Assembly: GCF_964188315.1 (NCBI RefSeq)
Contig: NC_135655.1
Location: forward strand, 64,108,001-64,172,000
From: Podarcis muralis
Taxonomy: Eukaryota
Reading direction: 5' to 3'
DNA length: 64,000 nt
The translations under genes were made by a program, and so were the position numbers. Under the pieces are notes generated by a model. The model was given only the letters and a program-made list of their open reading frames with translations, was not told the origin of the DNA and searched no databases. Positions 10,622-21,604 of this stretch are shown piece after piece (the stretch's first letter is position 1; every line of letters starts with the position of its first letter).

Positions 10622-11730
10622 TAGAATCATAGAATCATAGAGTTGGAATAGACCACAAGGGCCATTGAGTCCAACCCCCTGCCAAGCAGGAAACACCATC
10701 AGAGCACTCCTGACATATGGTTGTCAAGTCTCAGCTTAAAGACCTCCAAAGAAGGAGTCTCCACCACACTCCTTGGCAGCAAATTCTAGTCAAACAGCTC
10801 TTACTGTCAGGAAGTTCTTCCTAATGTTTAGGTGGAATCTTCTTTCTTGTAGTTTGGATCCATTGCTCCGTATCCGCTTCTCTGGAGCAGCAGAAAACAA
10901 CCTTTCTCCCTCCTCTATATGACATCCTTTTATATATTTGAACATGGCTATCATATCACCCCTTAACCTCCTCTTCTCCAGGCTAAACATGCCCAGCTCC
11001 CTTAGCTGTTCCTCATAAGGCATCGTTTCCAGACCTTTGACCATTTTGGTTGCCCTCCTCTGGACACGTTCCAGTTTGTCAGTGTCCTTCTTGAACTGTG
11101 GTGCCCAGAACTGGACACAGTACTCCAGATGAGGTCGGACCAGAGCAGAATACAGTGGCACTATTACTTCCCTTGATCTAGATGCTATACTCCTATTGAT
11201 GCAGCCCAGAATTGCATTGGCTTTTTTAGCTGCCGCGTCACACTGTTGGCTCATGTCAAGTTTGTGGTCAACCAAGACTCCTAGATCCTTTTCACATGTA
11301 CTGCCCTCAAGCCAGGTGTCACCCATCTTGTATTTGTGCCTCTCATTTTTTTTGCCCAAGTGCAATACTTTACATTTCTCCCTGTTAAAGTTCATCTTGT
11401 TTGTTTTGGCCCAGTTCTCTAATCTGTCAAGGTCGTTTTGAAGTGTGATCCTGTCCTCTGGGGTGTTAGCCACCCCTCCCAGTTTGGTGTCATCTGCAAA
11501 TTTGATCAGGATGCCCTTGAGTCCATCATCCAAGTCGTTGATAAAGATGTTGAATAAGACCGGGCCCAAGACAGAACCCTGTGGCACCCCACTAGTCACT
11601 CTTCTCCAGGATGAAGAGGAACCATTGATGAGCACCCTTTGGGTTCGGTCAGTCAGCCAGTTACAAATCCACTGAGTGGTAGCATAGTCAAGACCGCATT
11701 TTACCAGCTTCTTTACAAGAATATCATGGG
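10622..11730 (-). mobile_element. CR1 LINE 3' fragment (reverse transcriptase C-terminal half + (ATTCTATG)n tail), 5'-truncated
   Basis: ORF 10790-11635 contains [31 protein letters not shown]. The tail is tagaatcatagaatcatag. The ORF ends at a CGA>TGA change followed by a frameshift before the normal CR1 C-terminus. Confidence 0.95.
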
Positions 11731-11790
11731 GCTTAGTTCAATACCATGCTTAATAATGAAGATACAGACAACCACCATCATGGATGCTTT

Positions 11791-11859
11791 AGATTCCTGC
11801 AATTGCAGACTAGATGAGCCTCAAAGTCCCTTCCAGCTCTACAATTCTGTGATTCTATG
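11791..11859 (+). mobile_element. CR1 3' terminal stub
   Basis: gactagatgagcctcaaagtcccttccagctctacaattctgtgattctatg is a CR1 3' end. Confidence 0.7.
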
Positions 11860-14800
11860 TCTTGGTCCAGAACAGGGATGGGGAATGTGATGGGTCAACT
11901 TCCAAACAGGGTGCATTAAAGTGGTGGCAGAGGCAAAAGTGGGCATGGTGTGACACCTGACTTTGCACAGCATGCTATCCTCCAACCACACAAAAGTCTG
12001 CAGCTTCTGCGCACTCCTCCCTCACCTCCATTTCTTCAGTCAGACAAGAGGCATTATCACATTCAAAGACCCATTCCAGCTAGGCAAAAGCATTTGAGGA
12101 GACCACAGAGCTAGGCTAAAAAGGGGTGTGGTCTGTGACAGGTGTGGCCAGACAGAAGCCTAGAGGGCTGCCGAACAAACCTTTCTTTGCTTTCTCTGGC
12201 AAGGCTGGATTATTAAGCCGCAATACGATTGCCCAAATGTGGCCCCTACTTTTTATATGCGAAGGTCAGGGCAGAGATGAGTGGGTAAAGTATGGCAGCT
12301 TGCACAGCCAAGTCATCTAGGAACTGCTACTAAAGAAAGCTCCATTTGTAAGTACAAGATCACATAATCTCTAGATTATGACCACGTAAGAGACACTTTG
12401 ACCTCTCTAGGGAGAGATGAGAACTATGTGATGGGCACACTTGATAATTTATTAGTAGCCCAGCCATGTAAAGCCACTGGCTATTCTGTGCATCTCTTCT
12501 TACATTAACCTAAGAGCAGGGGAGGCTATCCTATGGGCCTTTCAAGTGTCATTGGACTCTCAACTCCTATCAGCCCCAGTCAACATGACCAAAGACCAAG
12601 GATGAAGTTATAGTTGTGGCTTAACAACTTCTGGAGGCCGCAGGTTGCCCACTCCTGGAGTACCCTCTCCTGTTTTGCTCCAGTAATGTGAGAAGATCTG
12701 TACCATGTGGTGGAAGCCCATGCTGGGACTACTTCCAACTGCCACCCTTCCTGGAAACTGAAGCAAAGCTGGTAAGCAGGTGAGTCAACACATGGGGCAA
12801 CACATTGCAGAAATTTTCATATCCTAAAGATGACAGACAAGGTCTTACAGCTTAGCTGCCACAGCTTCCTGACCATCTTAGTCACTGAAAACAACTTGCT
12901 GCCCTTCCTAGGAAATTTTTAGTGACTACCAATATGTTTTGTGGCTACCAATACACTTAGTGACTATCTTACTGTTTTCTTTTGTTTTAATTTGATACTT
13001 TAAATGTTTTGTATTTTGTTGTCTGCTCCTTGGAACAACGCTAGGAAAAAACTAGGCATATATTCTAAATTACTGAATATACCCAAAATTACAAAGCTCC
13101 ACAAAGAACTATTGCTGATTTATGTCTTATCATTTTAATTTTAAGTGTGAAAATCAAACATTTGCTTTCTAATTGTTATTTCTTTCAAAAAATGTTCACC
13201 GCTCTTTCCTCTTCAAAGGGTGGCCCAGCGCATTTTAACACCGCGAAGGATGCAGGGCCTCCACCACCAAGGATATCAGAGCTCTGAGTTTAAAAAGAAT
13301 CTTATTTTGTTTCTCTGTTACCTTACATTTCAGCGGCTTCCTTCAATGACAAAAGCTAGACATGCTGTTGGACAAAAGAATGAAAGCCAAAAAGTTCTCA
13401 TCTCTTCCTAGGGAGGTCGAAGTGGTACAAGGAACAAATGTAATTGCTTCATTGCCTGTGGGTATTCATCTGACAAAAGAAGCTTTTGTGAATAAACCAC
13501 AGGTGTTACCTTTCTTGATTAAAGTGAAACACGATAAAAGAGTCTGCCATATCAAATAACAAATTTACTGGCTACTAATGAAATTTATATATTTGATTAG
13601 TTAAATTGCACATAATTAAGATATATACAAACTAAAGTAATAATTAAAAAAAAACCCTCAAAAGTAATAGATTTTCCTGTATGTTTCAGGTCACATGGAA
13701 TACAGATTATTTTATTTTACTCTTTAAATGGTCCCAGAACTTCTACATGACATTTGCTCTGGAGATGCACGCAAGTTTAGCAAACCACCACCATGTCGCT
13801 TTTATTACATCAGTTTGTCTTTACACTTGTCTGTAAAAGAATCAAATTGGTAGCATTAAGAGGCATTATGTTGTGACGTATGTAGTAAATGTATGTTTTC
13901 AATACGTAGTGCGTGTGTGTACAGTGAGCTTTAGGGTGCACTTACCTAGGAATAAGCCACATGACTTCAGGGGGACTTAGATGCTAATGGCTCAAGCTTA
14001 TCAAAAGTTCTGCTCACTGATCACAAAACCTATTCCCTGAATTGTCATCTTTAATCCTCTATGTAGTATGATTTTAAATAAATCATTTACTCTTTTATTA
14101 CTCTTGGTATATTATAATCATTTTGGAGGGTGTTTATCATGCAGTGTGTGTTTAATTAGAAAGAGCCGATTAAGGAAGTATATGAATGTGCTAGTGAACT
14201 CAGTTGGCACAACTAAGCTAACAAAATCCTAAAAGTGGAATATCTAGTTTTCTTCCATCCACTGTGTTCAAAATTGCAGCTAAAATTTAGAGTGCAGGTG
14301 GGAACCAAGTTCATGCTTGTATTTTAAAAAATCTTTTCCTTTTCCATATTCCCCACCTGGCCTTGTTTTTTTTTTAGCTCTGCATAGTTATGAACGAGGA
14401 TTCTGATTTTAATGGAAACATTAATGTCATTAACAGCATAAAAAAGGGACTAAGCACCCCTTTATAAGAGAATGACGTATGCACAACAACATAATAAAAG
14501 ACATTAATAATGTTACAGAAAACTTGTAGATGATCTGGGAAAGAAAAATATTTGGAGTCTTTGAACCTGGGTGAAGTACTTTTACTATGTAAATGAAAGA
14601 GAAAAGGAATTGCCACCATATTGAAGCAACCAATCAATTCCCCCTGAATGGATAAGAAAGCCAAACCATTCAAATTTGGCATAGGCATGCTTGGAAATAA
14701 GGCTATTCTTTTAGGGTGTACATGTTGCCAGCTGTAATCAGAAAGCATTTTCCAAAAAGAAATCAAATAACGCAAGCCAATTTGGATAGACAAATTGGAT

Positions 14801-14927
14801 GGAGGGGGAGAGCAATTTTGTGAGGACAGATTACAAACACAAGAACTTAAAATATTGCAGCAAAACTCAGTGCAATTTCACCTTTTAGATACATGGAGAT
14901 ACCACCACCCCACTGAAAAGGATTGTA

Positions 14928-15194
14928 AGGTAAAGGTAAAGGTACCCCTGCCCGTACGGGCCAGTCTTGCCAGACTCTGGGGTTGTGCGCCCATCTCACT
15001 TAAGAGGCCAGGGGCCAGCGCTGTCCACAGACACTTCCGGGTCACGTGGCCAGCGTGACATCGCTGCTCTGGTGAGCCAGAGCCGCACACGGAACGCCGT
15101 TTACCTTCCCGCCATTAAGCGGTCCCTATTTATCTACTTGCACCCGAAGGTGCTTTCGAACTGCTAGGTTGGCAGGAACTGCTAGGTTGGCAGG
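14928..15194 (-). mobile_element. Sauria SINE, 5'-truncated
   Basis: (ACCTTT)n tail in reverse (aaggtaaaggtaaaggt), body nearly colinear with 40285-40642, and an 11-bp TSD AAAGGATTGTA (14917-14927, 15195-15205). Confidence 0.9.
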
Positions 15195-17952
15195 AAAGGA
15201 TTGTACTTTTGTACAATTCTAAGTAACTCAATCATGCATTGAATGAGTTGTTTGCGGGCTTCCTACAGGTATAGGTATAGTCTGATCCAGCAGGGCTCTT
15301 CTTATTTTCTTATGTATTAGGAAATGTATGACTTGAAAGAAAATTGATTTTAAAATAACAATAATTGCCTGGTAAAAAGTTATAGGCAGGCTGAAGGGGA
15401 GACCTGTAGAAGTGGTGCTCCCTTGTCTCAATATCTACAAGGTAAACATACAATTAACAAATGGCTTATGAAAATGCATATTCTTTTGATTTTGCAGTAA
15501 TCTTTCCTGACAAGAACCACCTCCATGCCCAAAACAGCAGCCCTGTTTCTCACTTCAGAATCTTCACAGACCTCCTAAGAATACTGCTTCCAGAGAAACT
15601 CCTATTGAATAAGGAGGTATCTACTGTACTGTACATGTTGAATATTAAAGCCTAGGAGCCCACAATGGTGAATGTAACAAAGAGCTGAATAAAACCTGTT
15701 CTCAGATTTGCAGATATTAAGACACTCAATCTTCAGCCTGTGTTAGTTTTAGAGATAGCCACAGGATGAACAGGGCAGGTCATCTCCTCAGTGAACTTCA
15801 CTTTAGCACAAAGTAAACATTTTTCTCCACATCAGCTGTTGTCAGGGCATTAGCAGTGTGTGGTAATTGATTATCAGTAGAGTGTTGCTGAGAAATGGAG
15901 TTGTATCTCAGCTTTTTATCACTACGACTTGCAAAAAGCAGGTTCCTTATTTACAGGTCCTATCTGTATTAAGTGACATTACTAGACCCTTCTTCTGTTG
16001 AAGTGACACAAGGGCTGACCATATCAGTGCCTTGCGATATATAACCTAGTTTATTACAATTTTCATGCTTGCCTCTTCAGTTTGTAAATAGCAACAGCAC
16101 CAACTGAACATATGGTAAATAGAATGTAACACAGGCACATTTTTAAATCACACCCAAATGCAACAATATTCATTATTTGATATATATAGTTCTAAATTTG
16201 AACTGCGATAAATGCATGTAATACAATTATGAAAAAACCCCAAGTTTTGTTGTCAATACATTTTCTAAAGAAACCCTAATTCTGATGTTAATTGAAGTGA
16301 ATAACTGAAACACATTTTGTTTTAGAATGCTGTTACAAATCATTAAACTGTAAAGGGCTTTACAAGTATATAGGGTTATATAGTTTATATCAAGCACTTC
16401 TCTAACTCTGTGTTACACAGCATACATTGTCAAACAACATACAACAAAGAACACAGCAAATTGGCCACAATACACAGGTTGAGGGAGGGCATCCTTTTTT
16501 AAAAAAAAACAAACTTTAAAAGCCCCTCTTGCACAAAACCCCCTGCGTTTATCTGTCAAATTTGGCAGGCTTCTGCCAACATATGAAAGTTTTATGTGGC
16601 TGTTGATGTTCTTATTCTAGTCAATGGAAAAGACATTGGAGACTTCAGAAAATGTGTGAGGCTTTGCCTTAGTTCCAAGGTGAAATGTGATGTCACAGCT
16701 GTTCTAGGTCCCTCACCTTTCCTAGTATTTTCAAATTTCAAGGTGTTCCATTCCATTTAAGTGCAAGAAACATTTAAAGTCATGCTTTATTTCAAATCCC
16801 CCAGTCCTATCTTAACACAAAGCTGCTCGTGCAGCTGTATAATGTTGGCATGGTGACATATTTCCTAAGCCAAAACCAGATAAAGTTTATATTCATTGCA
16901 TTTTCAGAAAGGAGCTTCAGTTTCCATTTGTCTTTCCTCAATTGTTTCATCAGAATTCACGAACAAGCATGAGCACATAATGCTTTAAAATGGAATTCAC
17001 TGGAATCACTGTATTTTTGTCAGTAAATTAAATAGGAAAAGAATTAATACAATATTGGTGTTAATCCTGTATACATTGTGAGTTTTAGTGACTGAATGAT
17101 ACAGCAGTGTTAACCCTGCCACATTAACACTGCACATCTTATCCTGTCTAATCCTGTAATGAATTTGAGAGTAATAGTGATACTCCTCCATTTCTTAGGG
17201 CCTTGCATGTTTATCTCCATAACAAAGGGGTGTCATGTCAAACACGACATTATTCTTTTCACTCCAGGGATCAAGCAAGATAAAGTAGATTATGAGAGCA
17301 GAACTTATTCAATCTGAATTTTTAAAATGGATTCCACAGGAAAGGACTTGCTATATAAATTCATGTAGTAAAATTTTTAATATAGCCAAAACTGAAAACC
17401 ATTTAAATAGAAACCATGGTTACCACGTACTCAAAAATGGCACCTATTTGCCACGCTGAACTAGAATTTTATTTATATATGGGATATATAACAGGATTTT
17501 TGCTCCATTCATTCTGAGGTTACAATAAATTCAGGTGCTAAAAAGTTGACCTAACATAGGTCAATCCCCAAAAGTTGTTGCCTACTTTACAACTGCCTGA
17601 AGGGTCATGCTTAAGAATAGATCTTGGGCTCAACCCAGAAATATCCGGTCAGTCTTTGGGAAATGTGGACATGCTTAACTTTGACACGTTTTGGTTCATC
17701 AACAGAGGTGCCTTCTTTTAACTTGTCCCATGGAACTTCAAGGAATGTGTGAATGTGTGGTGGGCTGGTGTGGGGAAAACGGACTGCGAAATTCCCTTTC
17801 AGCGAATGACACTGTACAAGTGCTGAAGTGGAAACAACCCACTACAACTGAACGTTTACCGCCTGAAATGCTGAATTCAATTTAAAGCCATGCAAACAAA
17901 AAGCCATGCTTTACAAGTGTCCTCAAAAAGAATGATAGGTAATGCTACTTAC

Positions 17953-18079
17953 GTAACTGTGGGTCTTAAGAAAATCTGAAGGGCTGCTTGTACAGACTTT
18001 ATCTCCTTCCAAACCAATTACTCTTTTACATATGTTAGATTTGGGGTCACTTGGGTTTTTCGCAATGATGATATCACCT
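17953..18079 (-). CDS. IMMP1L: IMMP1L coding exon 3 of 5 (127 nt), contains catalytic Lys (ICKR)
   Basis: cctcAG|A GGT GAT ATC ... AGT TAC|GTAAGT = (K)GDIIIAKNPSDPKSNICKRVIGLEGDKVCTSSPSDFLKTHSY. Confidence 0.97.
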
Positions 18080-18982
18080 CTGAGGAAAAAGGTTGTGAGG
18101 AAATGTCAGGATCCAGAAAGATGTCGATGATGTACACATTTTAAATTGGTGCTGGCCAACTGTTTGGGACACTGTGCCAAATGTCAAGTCTGAATTATTA
18201 GGGAATGCCATTCTAGTGCAGGCTCCATCCTGCCCCTACACTTTGAGGTGGTATTGCCTTCTATCTACCAATTCAGGGAGCAGTGCAATGTTGGAGAATC
18301 ATTGCCCCGCTTATTATGTCATACATAACCAATCCTGTAGCCTCTCCTGTGTGTGACCAGCATCAAGTGCTACAAACTATGGCTCCTTGTGACAACGCAA
18401 CACCCATAACACAGGCTGGCCTCCCATTTTCTAAAGCATTCAGCAAACTGGTTAACAATATGCTTTCCTACTCCCTTGCACCACAACCTATTTTCAAATT
18501 GTTATCCAGCAGCAATTAAGTGTTAGATTGCAAATATAGGGATTAATGCATAGGGCCTGGCCCTTTATATGACCGTTGAGCACTGTGTACACATCCACAG
18601 CTCTATAAACTACTAATAAAGCAGCATTTGGATAACATAATAAATGGCATTTATGGCATTTCTGGAGAGAATTGCTCTGTGAATTTGCTTCCTGGAGATA
18701 TACTCTAGTTGTCCATTACAATATAGGGCAAGATAAGCTAAAAATAAGCAATCCTAAAGTAGGGTGGCTATAAAGAAAACCTGTGAGGATAATCCACAAT
18801 GAATTCTCAGTCTTTGAATTAATGCGAAAATATGCCAAATCAATTTAAAATAGGTAACTTATGAGTTTATGAAAAATGTTAACAAAATTAACAATAAAAG
18901 CAGCAGTATGATTATAAAGATAAGCATAATCAGAAAGCAAGTATCTGTACAACCAGAACTATGGAAAATTGGAGCAACATAC

Positions 18983-19071
18983 TTCTGAATGTTATAAAAC
19001 TGGAGGCTAAGGTTCTCAGAAAACACAATATCAGAATTTTGAATGGTAGGCTCCATTGAAGGTCCTGAACA
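18983..19071 (-). CDS. IMMP1L: IMMP1L coding exon 2 of 5 (89 nt), contains catalytic Ser (GPSM)
   Basis: ttttAG|TGT TCA GGA CCT TCA ATG ... CAG AA|GTATGT = CSGPSMEPTIQNSDIVFSENLSLQFYNIQ(K). Confidence 0.97.
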
Positions 19072-19994
19072 CTAAAAACAAAAATAAAGAGGACAATTAC
19101 TATTTGAGAAGTATGTTATCACATGTAGTATTTTAAATTAATGAATTACAGCATCTTTAGGCCAATCTGGTAAATATAAAACAGCTCAGCTTTCACCAAC
19201 CTGGTGCCCCTCAGATATTTGGACTACAGCTTCCTAGAAGTCCCAGCCTGGATGGCCGTACAGATGTGAGTTGTACTCCAAATATCTGGAGTGCACCAGG
19301 CTGATTTTCATATGTAAACCTGTCCCCTTGATTTCTATAAGTTTGATGTCTCTCTCTATAGATTCTGGTTCCACTGGGCCCTGAATTCTCACCTGAGATG
19401 TCAGTGAAGTTTAGTATTAGTTTTGGGAGATCAAAGAGGCAAGAATTACAAACCTACACATTCTTCTCTGGCTCAGATTAAATAATGAGCCAGAGAATAA
19501 TTCCTGAGTTACGTTCTCTTGCTTACTCAGCCCTAAACCTATGAAAATAGCCATGTACCAATAGTTTCTGGGGGCTGAAGTTAAATACAGGAGCATCATT
19601 TATTTTCGTTACTTATTTTTAGCCAACTCTTCATTCAAACAATCCTAGTGTGGGGTACTACAAGTAAACAGTACATGAAATAACTAGGCAAAAGCAATTC
19701 TATAAATCCAGTCAACAAATTCTGTGAGCACAACTGCCTAACTCCATAGCTAAAACTAATCTAAAACCTGGGGAAATAAAAGAAGGTGTTAATAGGTGGT
19801 GAAAACCCACCAGGGTCAGAATCATGAGCTCCCTGCTCAGTTTAAAGAAATCTTTAAAGGTTCAAGTTATAAAGTCTAGATGAGTATACTTCAAATACTT
19901 CTTTATTAAAACAGAAGGCTGGAGTGTGAAAGCTAAGAAACTGAAAATTGACGTGGTAATTTTATTGTTTATTTGATAGCCTTTGTTAACTCAC

Positions 19995-20099
19995 CACAAC
20001 AATTCCTCCAATGTATTCAAAGGCACAATGTGCTATGCACCCATACTGAATAGTATATCCAAGAAGTCGAAGAGTCTTTCTAATGACATCTTGCAACAT
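19995..20099 (-). CDS. IMMP1L: IMMP1L first coding exon (105 nt CDS; exon probably begins at 20126)
   Basis: ATG at 20099-20097 gives [35 protein letters not shown]|GTGAGT, with an upstream acceptor aaactAG at 20128-20127. The five exons sum to 501 nt = 166 aa + stop. Confidence 0.96.
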
Positions 20100-21352
20100 A
20101 GCAGTTTTATGGTTGTGCAGCTGGTCCTAGTTTAAGAGATCGGAAACACACCAAATAGGAATTCTCAACATAGTACAAACATTCAACAGTATTTATAAAA
20201 TACACTAACTTAAGATGCTACATTTCAAAAACCAGGATTCAAATTAATTTTCAGGGAGATTAATTTGGTCAAAAGTTCAAGAAGAATTTTAATGTGGGTT
20301 ATGTGGAGCTGAAAAAAATCACAGAAGCAACTTGTCCTCATTGCTTAAAAGCACTATCCATCCAGCAAGACATTCCAAATGTAAACTACCACTTAGGCTT
20401 TCTTCTTAATCTCTCATTTTATTCATTGCATATTTCACATAATTAAAGAATTACAAAACATTGATACAAAACAAGTAACACAAACAATGAGGATAAGAGA
20501 TTAAAATAACTAATTAACATGATTTAATTCAAGTTTTAGATAATAAAGATTTACTTTGCAGTTTTCTGGTAGCTGGTACTGGTAGACTGTGAACTGATGA
20601 ATTTTGGCTATAACGTCATTCCAGAATTGTTTGTTTAGGCAAGTCCAGACAATGTTGTATGTAGTCTGCTTTTGGAGCCCAGCATCTCCAACATAAATCA
20701 GAACTATCAGAGTAAATTCCGTATGGTAAATTTCAACCTGTATGGAGTAAAATGTGATTTGGTAAGTATTTTTTTTAGACCCTTTAAATGTCTTTATTAA
20801 GCATGTTTGTTACCATTCCTTCACAAAAAGTCCCATGGTGGATTACTTCACAATAAAACAGTAAAATACAATATACAGACAGTTAAACGTGCGATCAGTG
20901 AATAATATCATCTGAAGGAATGTTGTTAAATATGACCACTCTTGTTCTGAACTGAAAAATTAAAATCATCATTACATTTCTTCTTGAAAGAGATTTGGGC
21001 TATTTGTATTTGGGTAATAAATGATATATCTTACTAATCGGTTTCTGGGTGTTGAGATTTGTTATACAAGAATCAAACGCTTAAACATTATAAGGATGGC
21101 TGAATTTAGCATGTTACAATATATCTGACTTGAAAATATATTAAAAAAACCAACATACTGAGTGTAAACCTTTCATGAGAGGGTTAATTGTTCATACAGA
21201 ATTATATGGTCATTGATCATCCATCTGTAAATTGTTATGATATTAGCTCCCCCATATATCCTTAAGTTTCATTCATTATGAAAGATGGGTGTCAAATGTG
21301 CACTCAATCTGGTACCATCCCAATATGGTATCCACCAGACCCAGTCTAGATA

Positions 21353-21604
21353 CAGTGGTACCTTGGCTTACGAACTTTAACGGTTCCAGAAGTCCATTCT
21401 TAAACCAAAGCGTTCTTAAACCAAGGCGTGCTTTCCCATAGCAGCGGGGGACTCAATTTACAAGTGGAACACACTCAACAGAAAGCGGAACATGTTCTGC
21501 TTCCAAGGCAAAATTCACAAACCAAAACACCTGCTTCCAGGTTTGCAGCGTTCTTAATCCAAGTTGATCATAAACTAAGCTGTTCTTAAACCAAAGTACC
21601 ACAG
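21353..21604. mobile_element. Tigger-type (Tc1/mariner-pogo) MITE, right TIR damaged
   Basis: TA|CAGTGGTACC left end and ...gtaccacag right end, internal ttcttaaaccaa repeats. Same TIR class as 60868-61109. Confidence 0.75.

Noticed and set aside
10622-11859. Back-to-back CR1 pieces as a single twin-primed inversion
   Set aside because: The two 3' ends differ in sequence, and both have tails pointing outward, so they are independent insertions.
11196-11890. Plus-strand ORFs opposite CR1, and ORF 56288-56683 beside Bov-B
   Set aside because: They are shadow frames of retrotransposon coding sequence.
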